Origin: a virus
Strand: one strand, 5' to 3'
DNA: 64,000 bases
Virus record (IMG/VR): IMGVR_UViG_3300044614_000912
Location: 68,558 to 132,557 of that record
A model generated the notes under the pieces. That model did no database searches. It saw only the letters and a program-made list of their open reading frames with translations, and was not told the origin of the DNA. A program made the position numbers and the translations under genes. Positions 1 through 10,992 of this stretch are shown here, piece by piece (the stretch's first letter is position 1; each line of letters begins with the position of its first letter).

Positions 1-453
1 CCAGAAACTGAAAAGGAACGCATGTTAGAGTCTGCGATTAAAAGTATTCAATTGGCGGGCAAAGAAGGATCAAAATTAGAGAAATTTATTTATGAAGAAA
101 TTGTGAAGCATGGGTATAAAGTAGAATATCATAAAAAACAGCTTATCCAAAACGAAAATTTGGAAATCGACATGTACGTACCCTCCGTCAAGACTATAAT
201 AGAGGTAGACGGCCCTTCCCATTTTCTTCCAATATGGGGAGAAGAAAAACTACAAAAACAAATCAAAGCAGACTTCCACAAGACAGGCTTGATTCTAAGC
301 AAAGGAATGGTTATTGTTAGGATTAAAAATCTGTCGGATTCTGTCTGTTTAGCAGACAAGGAAAAGTTGAGGCTTGACATTTTGAATTGCTTGGATACAA
401 TAAAGAAAAAGTTCCCCAAAGAATCAGAAAGGTACATTGAGATAGAAATATGA
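1..453 (+). CDS. Vsr/DUF559-like PD-(D/E)xK endonuclease; probably the C-terminal part of a longer gene
   Basis: Motifs EIDMYVP and IIEVDGPSHF. The frame is open back to position 1, so the true start may lie upstream of the window. Confidence 0.7.
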   Translation, partial: PETEKERMLESAIKSIQLAGKEGSKLEKFIYEEIVKHGYKVEYHKKQLIQNENLEIDMYVPSVKTIIEVDGPSHFLPIWGEEKLQKQIKADFHKTGLILSKGMVIVRIKNLSDSVCLADKEKLRLDILNCLDTIKKKFPKESERYIEIEI

Positions 454-1217
454 GTACAGCAACAGAAATATCAGAAAATCTATTTGCAGAAGTTGAGTTG
501 TCTACACCGGGAAATACGGACACATCGGTGAAGCACGTTATTGATTCAAATATGCCATCTATGTTATCAGCAGAGTGGCATGAATATGCTATGAGCCTGT
601 TCCATGAGTCAGAACTGGTGGATGGTCATCCTCTAGTCGCTGGACTAAGACGGGTAGCAGAACTGGTGCTTGGAACCATTGTTTTTAGTGGTCCAACGCA
701 AGTATTTCCGGTTCAAAGAGAAGATCATCATGGTAGAGCCACAGTAGTCTTTTCGGTCAAGTTTGCTAATGGAATCACCTATTCCGAAGTAGCAGACTCT
801 TGGGAAGGCAATACCGATGATATGTTCTGTGCTTTTGCTGTTGCTATTGCTAGTACTAGAGCAGAAGCCAGAGCGTTAAGAAAGGCTCTAAAGATTAAGG
901 GTGTCGCTGCGGAAGAACTTACAAAGAAAGATACCGCAAAGATCGTTCGTGCTATTTCTTCTACAAAGGCTAGCAGCGAGGGCGAATATGACGATCAGAG
1001 CCGCATGAGCGATGCTCAGTACAATTTTATCGATGTTAAGTGTAAGCAACTTAATATTGATGGACAGAAGCTATTCAAACAGTTTAATGTGGATAGCGGA
1101 AAGAAGGTTTCTAAGAAAGTCGCTAGTGATATTATTGATGTTCTCAATGATTACCAGCGGGATAAGAACTTAATACCAAAAGATATAACAGGCTATCAAC
1201 AGGAGTGGCGTAACTAA
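450..1217 (+). CDS. Putative Rad52/Sak-like single-strand annealing protein
   Basis: RATVVFSV strand, ASTRAEARALRKAL helix typical of Rad52-like SSAPs, and a C-terminal MSDAQYNFI helical module; ATGA overlap with the upstream gene. Confidence 0.5.
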   Translation: MSTATEISENLFAEVELSTPGNTDTSVKHVIDSNMPSMLSAEWHEYAMSLFHESELVDGHPLVAGLRRVAELVLGTIVFSGPTQVFPVQREDHHGRATVVFSVKFANGITYSEVADSWEGNTDDMFCAFAVAIASTRAEARALRKALKIKGVAAEELTKKDTAKIVRAISSTKASSEGEYDDQSRMSDAQYNFIDVKCKQLNIDGQKLFKQFNVDSGKKVSKKVASDIIDVLNDYQRDKNLIPKDITGYQQEWRN

Positions 1218-1552
1218 TGAAACTAACATACACTACAAAAAATGGCAGAATTACAGCAGAGTTAGAAGGGGAATCTCAGAAGGATTTATTTGGCGAACTA
1301 AATAAATTCCAAGAGGTTTTTGAAGAAACCGTCTGTGGCAAGTGCGGCAACGAAGATGTAAAGTTCGTTGTCCGAACTGTCGATGATAACCAGTACTATG
1401 AGTTACGTTGCTCAAAGTGTGGTGCTAGACTCGCCTTTGGAGTTCATAAGAAGGGTGGCGGTCTATTTCCAAAACGAAAGGATAATGATGGCAAGTGGTT
1501 GCCCGATAATGGTTGGGTGAAATGGAATCCCAAGACGGAGCAATCGGAATAA
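1217..1552 (+). CDS. Zinc-ribbon protein, hypothetical
   Basis: CGKC...CSKC pairs; TAATG translational coupling with the upstream gene. Confidence 0.65.
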   Translation: MKLTYTTKNGRITAELEGESQKDLFGELNKFQEVFEETVCGKCGNEDVKFVVRTVDDNQYYELRCSKCGARLAFGVHKKGGGLFPKRKDNDGKWLPDNGWVKWNPKTEQSE

Positions 1553-1564
1553 AAAGGAGAGCTT

Positions 1565-1867
1565 ATGAGATTAATTGCAAGTATCTTATGTTTGCTTGTT
1601 GCGTTTGCGTCCTTGGATGCAAAAGCTTGTGAGGTTACGTATGTTACGAATGTTGTAACTGCCCCTCCACAGCCAGTGCCGTATTTACAGGTTATGGTGT
1701 ATCAAGCACCGGCCTATACGGTTATGGTTCCAGTTGTAATTCAACCACAAACGGTTGTTGAGCAACGAGTGGTATGGGGATATCCCTACCAAGCTGTGAC
1801 AGTGCCAGTGAATCAATACCATCACTGGGGATATAACAAGCGTTGCTTGCCTATCTATAAGTATTGA
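1565..1867 (+). CDS. Small exported protein with signal peptide, V/P/Y/Q-rich
   Basis: AAGGAG RBS; MRLIASILCLLVAFASLDAKA-C signal peptide with an AxA cleavage site. Confidence 0.65.
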   Translation: MRLIASILCLLVAFASLDAKACEVTYVTNVVTAPPQPVPYLQVMVYQAPAYTVMVPVVIQPQTVVEQRVVWGYPYQAVTVPVNQYHHWGYNKRCLPIYKY

Positions 1868-1875
1868 TGAGGGAA

Positions 1876-1915
1876 GAATTGGGGGGTAGCCTAAGAAACT
1901 ACCCCCTTATTCATT
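1876..1915. terminator. Hairpin terminator between convergent operons
   Basis: GGGGGTAG (1882-1889) pairs with CTACCCCC (1899-1906), followed by a T-rich tract; lies between convergent stop codons. Confidence 0.7.
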
Positions 1916-1926
1916 CTTACTTATTT

Positions 1927-2640
1927 TCAGAGATATTCAAGAGTAAAATATAAACCGTATTGAGTCTTACTACCTACGGTTACTGGTTCTGAACTTAGTG
2001 CTAAATACCAATCGTGTCTGACAGATTGATGGGTAACACCTTCTTGTGAAGTATAGCCAAGGCTTGTGCTAGCATCTTGGGTATTGGTATTCTTACCGCT
2101 TGCTCCGGGTGATGCTGTAAAAGGCATGTCTGTCATGGCGTCAACTGGATCAAATTCGTACCAGCTAGTTTCGCTTCTTCCGCGATGACTTAAATTTACT
2201 ACAGATTGTACAGTTGCGGGATGTCTAGCCTCATAGACGTAAGTTACAACGCCGCTAGCATGATTATTGATATTGTTGCGATCAAAAATGCGAAGACGGC
2301 AATTCTGAACACGCACAGGCTCTGTGTGAGTAAATCTGACGTTTAATGGGCAGAGATAGTTGGGTAGCTTGTCTAGATCAACAGCACTTAAACCATTAAT
2401 ACTCACTGTTCCTTTTGTGGTTAAATTACCACTAGTAACAAATGCGGTATTATTTAACTGTGCGCCTTGATTAGTACCTATAGCATTGGTTACGAAAGTC
2501 GTGGTCTGTTTAGCACCAACGGGAACCGAGATACCAAAGCCATTACCATAAAAGCCAATACCAGAACCGGCGGAATGATTGATTAATTCACCATCGCCGC
2601 TTTGGTCTTTGATATTCGCATAAAATTTGATTTCAGCCAT
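1927..2640 (-). CDS. Virion structural protein, unknown function
   Basis: 237-aa beta-rich ORF with a GGGAG RBS and its own GTGTATA motif upstream. Confidence 0.6.
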   Translation of the reverse strand: MAEIKFYANIKDQSGDGELINHSAGSGIGFYGNGFGISVPVGAKQTTTFVTNAIGTNQGAQLNNTAFVTSGNLTTKGTVSINGLSAVDLDKLPNYLCPLNVRFTHTEPVRVQNCRLRIFDRNNINNHASGVVTYVYEARHPATVQSVVNLSHRGRSETSWYEFDPVDAMTDMPFTASPGASGKNTNTQDASTSLGYTSQEGVTHQSVRHDWYLALSSEPVTVGSKTQYGLYFTLEYL

Positions 2641-2675
2641 AGAATTCTCCCTATTTTAGACGGTTCTATATGTAT

Positions 2676-2682
2676 TATACAC
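2676..2682 (-). promoter_or_regulatory. Putative late promoter GTGTATA
   Basis: Intergenic, 36 nt upstream of the ATG at 2640; same motif at other late operon starts. Confidence 0.65.
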
Positions 2683-2687
2683 GAAAT

Positions 2688-5600
2688 TTAACTTGATCCG
2701 ATTTCTAAATTGATGTACTGATGAAAGCCCGGAACAAATGCTTCTGGCTCTAAAAGCGTATGTAATATATCATTATGGAAGAAATAAAAGGCGTCGTATT
2801 TTCCATCTTTGTTTGGTGATAATCCAACGCTAGAAACATTGGTGCCTTCTGAAGCTTTTTCTCCACGGTAACTTGGTAAACTCAATCTAACAGGTCCACT
2901 TGTACTTTCCAAAGGACACGCATCATAGGCTAATTTGTCATATACAATTCCATCGTGAAATAAAATAGATGCTGATTTTGAGCCGCCATTTATATTGAGC
3001 CTCAGACCATAATATGTTGTACTTGAATCCTTGGGTTTATATGATCCAGAAAAATCACTTGGGGTAAATCCTTCTCCGCGATTCTTTTTCTCAATAATAA
3101 AACGCGATATATTTCCCTTTTCTCCAATAGCGGTAACTTTTAGTTTTGCACCTTTAGTCAAAGAAATTTCTTGATCGACAGAAAAACCTTCGCCACCATC
3201 TATTATCATATAATTATCTGATAATCCAATAACCCTTTTGTAATATCTAAAGCCACCACCAGTTAACAATTGGCCCCTACGAATAGGATTAATTCTCCAT
3301 TCCGAACTGGGTCTTAAAGCTTTATTGTTGGCTCCGTTGCGATTTATTTTTGAGTTTATAGGAACTGGGAAATTATCTATTTCATCATCTCCAATTGGGT
3401 CGGCATATGTTGGTATTCTAAAATCTACGGCGGTTTCTATTTGGTCTACATCTCTAGGATATTTTGGCAATGCTTTAGATGGATTCCAATCTGTCAAATC
3501 TGGTCTAGCATCGGCATCTACTCTTTTAGATTTTACATTCATTCCTAGTGGCAATGGATTAAAATGCAACACGGCAAAATATCTTGGATCATATATTGTT
3601 TGCTCGTCGGGCCACTGATCAAATATACGAACGTGTAAAGCTGTTGTTCCAAAACTATTTGGACTGTCTTCTGCTGATCCCCACTGAGGATATCCATACG
3701 TAAATGAAGGATTGGATGGACCAACCCAACCAATACCTCCTCCGATTGGCAATATTGTGATTCCTCCAGTTTGACCACCGGCAACTTTTTGAACTTTTGG
3801 TAATCCAAAGTATTGCGTTGTTGTAAAGTTAATAGCTCCTCCACCTCCAAATTTATTTTTGGCTACAATAATACCAACAAAATTGGATTTTTCATCGCCG
3901 CTACTAGCATCAGAATCTGGTAATAAATCTGGACCACCGAGTGGGCCTTCTCCATTTGAAACAGTATCTGGTCCAATCAATGGAAATGGTGCTAATCCTC
4001 TAGTTGCTACGCTACCTTGATCTGTATTGCCGGGAATCAATCCACCCCACATATGACTACCGGTATCTCCAGTGGTAAGTGTATTGAAAAAATTTGTACG
4101 TAATCTATTATATTTTGGTTGATCGCTTGGGGCAAATGCCTTATAAGCATGAACAGCGTATTGCAATTGAAGTGGAGAAAATTGAATTTTGGATGCTTGC
4201 GCCGGGGCTAAACCATAAATATTCCCGCTATCTGCTACACTAGCAAGCCAAGTATATCGTTTTCTAGAATTAAAAAAGCCAAAATACGTATCCAATAAGT
4301 TGGTGGTTGGCGATTCTAATTTTACTAATTCATCTAATGATTCTATTGGTGTACTATAAGTACCAGACAATGATCCATTGACTCCAATTTCTGCTGGAAG
4401 TTGATATAATCCAGCATCCTTTGTATTAGAAAACATAAAATTACTGGTATCAATTGTTTTATTTTTATCTGGGGTAGCAGATAATATTTCTGAGCCATCT
4501 GATGGAACCACAAAAAATGGATCACCGAATTGAATTCCCAATCTTGCTGAACCATTCATTGGCATCATATTTCTTTGTTTTTTCAATAATGATGCCTGCT
4601 GAACAGAATACCCCTCTGTAAAAATTGGTCCCCAAAAATTTGGAAAATTTGTTTGATACCAAGCGTCTGCATTAGTGCCTCCATCTGGAGAATAAATTAC
4701 ATTTGTTCTACCAATAATATTGTATTGGTTAGTGCCACCCATATGAGAACCGACTTGATCAAACGCTGTAACTTGTACATATCTTCTTGTTGGCTGAAAA
4801 TCATAATCGTTTTTAGAAGGCAAAGACAATAAAAGCGCAACGGTTTCATCTGTTTCATCAAAAACATAAGATGGTTGATCCGGTTTTGCGGACGGAACAT
4901 ACAAATTTAATTTAGTAATCAGATTCAAATCATTCATTTCAGACAGGGCTGAAATAGATTTATTAGATATTGCTGGAGCGGCAGAGTCACCGCCACCTTG
5001 AAACATGGATGCGTAGTATCGTAATCTCATATAGGACTCATATTGAATACCATTTATATTTTGAAAATATTGCTTACCATTGCTAGAACGATATCGTTCA
5101 TCTTTGAAAAATGAATCGGCATCGGCTAAAAATTTAGCAAATGACCATTTTCCAAGCTTTAGACTAACAGGGGCTATACTTGTAGTTCCAGCATCAAAGC
5201 CCTGTATAATCCATTCTCCATCGATATGGCTACACATCACTACATCGCCTTTTTTGAATCCTCTTGGTGATCTATTAACAATTTGTATTTTTTCTTTTTT
5301 ATTTGCATCATTGGCAGCAGCGGTCATATTTGGACCACACATATTGGGATTTCCACCCTCAACGCTAATTGGCAATGCTTTCCCTATCGTAAATTGACCC
5401 ATATAGTAAGTCGAATTAGTATCATAAAATTCATCTGGAGCAATATCATCAATGCTATCGAAAGGTATATCCTTAATTTTTGCTGGGTCAACATCTGTTA
5501 ATAAACGAGCAAGCATTTGCTGTGTGCCAGATTCCCATTCGCCAATAGCTGAATTGTATGTTAATCTGAGATTAGCGGCCACAGAATTAGCCGGATTTAC

Positions 5601-6251
5601 GTTTCCACCTTCTGATGGGTTTTGATATACTCCAACTGGTTGCTCCTGCGTACCTTGCCATCCGTATTTTGCGCCCGTTGGTCGTTTTGGTACTGACGAA
5701 ATCAATGGCGCTCCATTTTGCGCTAATGATCTTGTTGTATCACTCTGTGACTTTGGTTTAAGATATACTTTTACCAAGGGTGTTCTAGTTTGATTAGTAG
5801 AACCAAATTTTACTGAAAATGATGGATGAAAAGTAATACATCCAGAATAACTTCCTTGTATATTTTCAACTACTTGCTTAACATCTTCATCTATGGCTAT
5901 ACCCCACTCATTAGTATTATGTTTAGCTAATAATTCTGGTAAATCGGAGGCGACCGATGTTCCAGATTTGGTTTTGAAAATATCTGCGCCAGTTTTTAAT
6001 TCATATTCTTTGGTATCTTCATTCCATAAAATAATGGATAAAGAATCAATAGAAGATTTACCAACTAAAGTATCATAGGTTGTTTCAGTCTCACCGAATA
6101 AATCTTTTACATCATCATTGGGTTTATCAACTAAATATCTTTTTAAACTAGCTACCGAATACGACGCTATCCCCAATGATTCTAATGCAAAATCACTAGT
6201 TGTAAAAGAATGGTATTCGGTGGATGCTGAATGTAAATTAGAATCAAACAT
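2688..6251 (-). CDS. Large tail-tip/baseplate-associated protein (1187 aa)
   Basis: Lies downstream of the tape measure; C-terminal IIDGGEGF...NRGEGF repeat typical of phage tail proteins. Confidence 0.55.
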   Translation of the reverse strand: MFDSNLHSASTEYHSFTTSDFALESLGIASYSVASLKRYLVDKPNDDVKDLFGETETTYDTLVGKSSIDSLSIILWNEDTKEYELKTGADIFKTKSGTSVASDLPELLAKHNTNEWGIAIDEDVKQVVENIQGSYSGCITFHPSFSVKFGSTNQTRTPLVKVYLKPKSQSDTTRSLAQNGAPLISSVPKRPTGAKYGWQGTQEQPVGVYQNPSEGGNVNPANSVAANLRLTYNSAIGEWESGTQQMLARLLTDVDPAKIKDIPFDSIDDIAPDEFYDTNSTYYMGQFTIGKALPISVEGGNPNMCGPNMTAAANDANKKEKIQIVNRSPRGFKKGDVVMCSHIDGEWIIQGFDAGTTSIAPVSLKLGKWSFAKFLADADSFFKDERYRSSNGKQYFQNINGIQYESYMRLRYYASMFQGGGDSAAPAISNKSISALSEMNDLNLITKLNLYVPSAKPDQPSYVFDETDETVALLLSLPSKNDYDFQPTRRYVQVTAFDQVGSHMGGTNQYNIIGRTNVIYSPDGGTNADAWYQTNFPNFWGPIFTEGYSVQQASLLKKQRNMMPMNGSARLGIQFGDPFFVVPSDGSEILSATPDKNKTIDTSNFMFSNTKDAGLYQLPAEIGVNGSLSGTYSTPIESLDELVKLESPTTNLLDTYFGFFNSRKRYTWLASVADSGNIYGLAPAQASKIQFSPLQLQYAVHAYKAFAPSDQPKYNRLRTNFFNTLTTGDTGSHMWGGLIPGNTDQGSVATRGLAPFPLIGPDTVSNGEGPLGGPDLLPDSDASSGDEKSNFVGIIVAKNKFGGGGAINFTTTQYFGLPKVQKVAGGQTGGITILPIGGGIGWVGPSNPSFTYGYPQWGSAEDSPNSFGTTALHVRIFDQWPDEQTIYDPRYFAVLHFNPLPLGMNVKSKRVDADARPDLTDWNPSKALPKYPRDVDQIETAVDFRIPTYADPIGDDEIDNFPVPINSKINRNGANNKALRPSSEWRINPIRRGQLLTGGGFRYYKRVIGLSDNYMIIDGGEGFSVDQEISLTKGAKLKVTAIGEKGNISRFIIEKKNRGEGFTPSDFSGSYKPKDSSTTYYGLRLNINGGSKSASILFHDGIVYDKLAYDACPLESTSGPVRLSLPSYRGEKASEGTNVSSVGLSPNKDGKYDAFYFFHNDILHTLLEPEAFVPGFHQYINLEIGSS

Positions 6252-6252
6252 A

Positions 6253-9200
6253 TTAATCTCCGTATCTTGTTACATCAGAATCATCAAAAGTTTCTGCATT
6301 TTCTGGAGCAACGTAGTATTTTGATTTTGATTTTATAAAGGGTAGGGGTTTAGCGGCCATATTAGGGTGATATACATCATTTGAAGCTGGGATATATAAA
6401 TCATTTTTATTGCCACCACAAATAGCAGAGGATGCTGTATTATAGTATTCTCTAGCCAAACTGTCTTCTGTTAGGAAGTTTTGAGCTACTCTACCGATTT
6501 GAGCATTATCCTGCACCGATCCTTGAACCATGTAGTCTGTGGCGTCGTGTGGTGTCCAGCTGGGTTCTCCATCTCCAAACAATTTATCTGGAGAAGCACT
6601 GGCTCCACCCATTTGAGTGCTAATTCTCTTTTCGGTAAATTTCTTAACAGATGCTACAACATTACCCATCGGATTAGCAAACTGCTGTACATTTTCTGGA
6701 TTTACGCTACGTAAAGTATCGTATATTTGACCATAATTCACGAATGAAGTTGCTGCTTTGCCAAGACCTTTTCTTATTAAAGCATTTCGCTCATCTCGTA
6801 ATCTTTGTCTTTCTCTGCTAATTTTAGAAATTTGATCTTGCTTTTGCTTTTGTAGTTTTCCAAAACTAGAAGTATATAAATCCATCTTTATGGTTGTTTG
6901 TACTCCACCCTCTGAAATACTAACATCAACATTTGTTACCAATGGACCACCATTCAACAATGCCTTACCTAAAGAATTACCCGGAGGCAGTCCCGGCACA
7001 ACAAATCCACCTCTTTCTGAAAATAAAAGCAGGCTATTAGAGAATTGAGCTTGTAATCTTCCAGCTTCATTCATTAATTGATACCCAGCATAATTCCAAG
7101 GAGATAAATTCTCATCTTTGATGAATTCTACTCTGCCGCCAATATTTTTGTATACATTTGCTTGACCATCTAACTGTGAAGATACCCAAGGCCCATAACA
7201 TCTATCCCTAGACATTAATGGTAAAACTACTAGATTTGGATATACCGGAGAAGGGCTAGTCACATTGATTCTATTTGGAAAAGCGAAATTTAAAGAATCT
7301 ATAGCTTTTTTAGCTGCCATCCACGCTTGTAATTTTTGATCATCAGATAATTTATCTCTATAGTCTCCATTGTTAGCTGGAAAAGGCTTCGGCGGGATGA
7401 TTGGTGCGGCAAATTCTGGAACATCGACAGTATCCATAGTCATGAAATGTTTAAATCTTTCAGCATTCATTTGTTGAAATGGACCATCTCTAAATCTAGC
7501 ATCTTTTGTTGGTATAACTTTAGATGGTAGTGTGATCAGAACATATACATTCTCTGTGTCTAATTGATCCAGTTCAGTATCAATAATATAACTATTTAAT
7601 ACTTCATTTTCTGTTCTTTTAAAATCCCAAAGCTCTACATCTTCTCCACCTTTAGCAAGAGGAACATAATGAGGTCTATAATATGTAAAACTGTCTACAT
7701 ATCTATCTTCATCTGGCAAGTAGATTTTTTGTGGTAATGTTTTTCTACCTATATCTTTGTATGCTCCACCGTGAACTGTTATTGGTCTTATTTCTACTTT
7801 GGGTGGCATGAATAATTGTTCTGATACTGTACACTTTATAAAAGCTATTTGCTCTGGTATATCTTCCTTATCTGGATCGTCTGCGTCTTCTTCAAGATTT
7901 GGAAAACTGTGCCACTCATCACCGTTAACATTATCCAAACCTTCACATAAATCTGGAATCATAGCATTACCAATTTTTACCTGTTGCGTTAAGTCATTGG
8001 CTGAAATTCCATCTAAAGACAAAAATTGACTATGATCAAAACGAACATATGGAGATATTCTTCCTTGCTCATTAATGAAATTGGTTAGGTCTTGCGGAAT
8101 AAGGCACTGTCTGACACCAAGTGGCGCATTATTAAAATTTTTATCGATGACGTTATTAAGATTTTGTTGAGGTAATACATTTTGAAACAAATCAAATTCA
8201 AAGAATCCACCTAAATCTAATGGCGTGTAATTAGATTCATATTGTTCCGATATTGGATTATAATTGATTTCTAAACTACCAGCATATTTCGATTGTGCAT
8301 CCACTATTCCAGAATTAAGGAATGCTTTTATCATATTTGTATCAGAATCAGCATCAGCATCTTCTCGCACTTGCTGTCTAAATGCTTCTGAAAATTCATA
8401 ACCGGGGATATTATTAATAGCCCTAGGTTGAAATCCGAAGGGTCCACTACTATACTCAACAGAGTTTTCTAATGTAATTTCCTTGTCATAATTTAGATTA
8501 ACCTTTTTGGGTATCTTAACTAAGAATTTTTTACCAAGACATTCATCTGCAACATTTTTTAAGAAATTATATACCCTCATTGCATTTTCTGTACTTTTCT
8601 TTGCAATTTTTGGGAAAATAGCAAATACATCTTTGTTATTGGTCAAGCTTCTTTCAACCAATGCTACAGTATCAGTAATCTTTTGTGGAGTCGGATTACT
8701 CATTAAAGCCTGTAAAGCGTTAAAGTATTCTTCTTCAAAAGGACTTAACCCTGTTGACTCTTTGATTTCTTTTAATCTCTTGAATTGTGTTTCTAGTACA
8801 GCCTTAAAGTTCTTTTGGTCTGTAGATTTTAATTCTGCAAAATTAGTTAATACTGTAGTATATCTTGTCTGAATATCAGTTAAACCACCCTCTGGAATAC
8901 CAAGTTTCGTCATTCTCTTATAATATAGCGGGTATCCATATGGAGGGTTACACGGACTAAATGGCAAATCATCATCACCATAATCTCTTAAAGCATATGT
9001 GTCGAATAGTGACCTTGGCACAGTTACGGCATATGAATTGGATATATCTGATACTGGGGGCGCACCGGCTGGAGCTTCAGCTTGAATAACACCAGCGGTT
9101 TGTTCTGAATCATCTATTTCAAGAGATTCAATATAAGTATCGTTATATATTTTAAGAAATTCTTTCCATCTATCGTAAGATACGGCAGCGCATCGCAATT

Positions 9201-10992
9201 CCATTTCTGTGGCTACGTAATATGCACCAACGCCGATTGCGTTTAAGCCCGTAGTATCCAGTAGAATTTGTTGATACGCACCAAAACCTTTAGGAATAGT
9301 GACGGCGTGTTTTCCAAGCATACCATAGTAAGGTAATACTTGTTGTTCTAATGAAGATTCCAATCTCCATTGACCACCGGCAGGAGTATTTTCGGGTTGA
9401 CCGTTTTGTCTTCCTAAAGCATCAAGTTCATCTCTATCGGCATTAGTAGAAAAATAATACATTTCTACTTCTTGGGCACCAACGACAAATTTATCTGTTG
9501 TGATATTTGATAATTCATATCCAACATCTTGATTCTCTACATAAATTCCACTTGTGGCAAGAGAATCGATATATAATTTGATAGCCCCATAAGAAGGCTG
9601 AATTGACCTATCTATGGTATCAATTCTGATAATTCCAGCAATAAGCTTTTTGGGATCGGTCCCATTGGCTCTATTCCAAGCCGTTAAAAAGCCGCAAGCT
9701 GGGTGATCTATAACAGGTAATAACGTAACGAATAGTTCTTTGCTAGTTACGTCACAGATTTCCATCGCTAACTCTAAAAGATTTATTTGATCAAAATCCA
9801 AATAATACATACTTGGCAACGATGGCAAAGTTCCAAAATCAACTACATAATTGAATCCTCTGAAATTAATAACCCCACCAAAGGCTTTATCAATATATTC
9901 TTGTGGCATTGTACCTTGATATCCCATAATAGCATTTATGGCCTGCTTAACTCTATAAAATGGAATACCTTGCGGCCCTCTTCTAGAGAATCCTGTGCCA
10001 GTTATTGGAAAATTTGGACCGAAAGATGTTGCAGAAACTGTAGATGTGGAGCTATCACTCTCTGTTCTCCATGTGTCATCTCCTTCAAATATAAAGGTGC
10101 CATTGTCTGCAACTACTTTACGCAAAATTGATTTCTTTGGAAATTGTCCTTTAATTTCATCTTCTGTTTCTTGAGATGGATTGAACTCTAAAAATCCATA
10201 TACATTGATAAGATTGTTTTGATTGTATATTGATCCAGAATAATTATTCAAAATGACCGTAACATTAGATAAAATTTCTCTTGGATCAATAACTTGAACA
10301 CTATAGAGTGGATTTCCTCCCGGTCCTCTATTCTGAGTATATGTTTGTAGTATGCCACCAAAGACCAAGTGATCTCTACCTCTATCTGGACCACTTAACT
10401 GTGCAGTATAGTCATATATAGTATTATTTTTTAGATCAACATACTGATTATTGCTTAACGTTCTAAAATTATTTTTATCATATGCTCCACCGCCCATTGA
10501 CGGTATTGTAGCACCTCTGGTGTTCAAACCATATAAATCATCAAATGTTTGCTTATATGCTTCCGATACAGTTGCAAAATTTTGACCAAATTTAAAAAAG
10601 ACAGGTGAGCCTGCTATTGGTGGAGAAAATTTGTCATATTGACCGTTGTGATAAACATCGTCACCTTGACCAATCGGTGTGCGATCAGAAACATTGAATT
10701 CATCATTTATTAATTCTACGCTCAAAGAAGAACTAGAGTCACCGAAACCTCCATTCATAGTAAAGTTTCGCACAGAAGCTCCAAGAAAAGTTTGTTGTGC
10801 AAAACCCCTAGCATCAACGGTCCAGCCTCCAGCGGAAAAAGATTGCGGAATAGCTCCGCTGCTAGCAGGCCAATCATTGCCATAATAACCAGAAGCCGGT
10901 TGAATACCCATAGGGTATACTGGTAAAGAAGTAGTTGTAACAGTTGTTGAAACTGTAACACCGGGGTTTCTAATAATGTCTTCGTATGTCAT
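6253..10992 (-). CDS. Large tail-tip/hub-like protein (1579 aa)
   Basis: Tail module position; hub-like C-terminal strands (VTNVDVSISEGGVQTTIKM) followed by a coiled coil. Confidence 0.55.
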   Translation of the reverse strand: MTYEDIIRNPGVTVSTTVTTTSLPVYPMGIQPASGYYGNDWPASSGAIPQSFSAGGWTVDARGFAQQTFLGASVRNFTMNGGFGDSSSSLSVELINDEFNVSDRTPIGQGDDVYHNGQYDKFSPPIAGSPVFFKFGQNFATVSEAYKQTFDDLYGLNTRGATIPSMGGGAYDKNNFRTLSNNQYVDLKNNTIYDYTAQLSGPDRGRDHLVFGGILQTYTQNRGPGGNPLYSVQVIDPREILSNVTVILNNYSGSIYNQNNLINVYGFLEFNPSQETEDEIKGQFPKKSILRKVVADNGTFIFEGDDTWRTESDSSTSTVSATSFGPNFPITGTGFSRRGPQGIPFYRVKQAINAIMGYQGTMPQEYIDKAFGGVINFRGFNYVVDFGTLPSLPSMYYLDFDQINLLELAMEICDVTSKELFVTLLPVIDHPACGFLTAWNRANGTDPKKLIAGIIRIDTIDRSIQPSYGAIKLYIDSLATSGIYVENQDVGYELSNITTDKFVVGAQEVEMYYFSTNADRDELDALGRQNGQPENTPAGGQWRLESSLEQQVLPYYGMLGKHAVTIPKGFGAYQQILLDTTGLNAIGVGAYYVATEMELRCAAVSYDRWKEFLKIYNDTYIESLEIDDSEQTAGVIQAEAPAGAPPVSDISNSYAVTVPRSLFDTYALRDYGDDDLPFSPCNPPYGYPLYYKRMTKLGIPEGGLTDIQTRYTTVLTNFAELKSTDQKNFKAVLETQFKRLKEIKESTGLSPFEEEYFNALQALMSNPTPQKITDTVALVERSLTNNKDVFAIFPKIAKKSTENAMRVYNFLKNVADECLGKKFLVKIPKKVNLNYDKEITLENSVEYSSGPFGFQPRAINNIPGYEFSEAFRQQVREDADADSDTNMIKAFLNSGIVDAQSKYAGSLEINYNPISEQYESNYTPLDLGGFFEFDLFQNVLPQQNLNNVIDKNFNNAPLGVRQCLIPQDLTNFINEQGRISPYVRFDHSQFLSLDGISANDLTQQVKIGNAMIPDLCEGLDNVNGDEWHSFPNLEEDADDPDKEDIPEQIAFIKCTVSEQLFMPPKVEIRPITVHGGAYKDIGRKTLPQKIYLPDEDRYVDSFTYYRPHYVPLAKGGEDVELWDFKRTENEVLNSYIIDTELDQLDTENVYVLITLPSKVIPTKDARFRDGPFQQMNAERFKHFMTMDTVDVPEFAAPIIPPKPFPANNGDYRDKLSDDQKLQAWMAAKKAIDSLNFAFPNRINVTSPSPVYPNLVVLPLMSRDRCYGPWVSSQLDGQANVYKNIGGRVEFIKDENLSPWNYAGYQLMNEAGRLQAQFSNSLLLFSERGGFVVPGLPPGNSLGKALLNGGPLVTNVDVSISEGGVQTTIKMDLYTSSFGKLQKQKQDQISKISRERQRLRDERNALIRKGLGKAATSFVNYGQIYDTLRSVNPENVQQFANPMGNVVASVKKFTEKRISTQMGGASASPDKLFGDGEPSWTPHDATDYMVQGSVQDNAQIGRVAQNFLTEDSLAREYYNTASSAICGGNKNDLYIPASNDVYHPNMAAKPLPFIKSKSKYYVAPENAETFDDSDVTRYGD

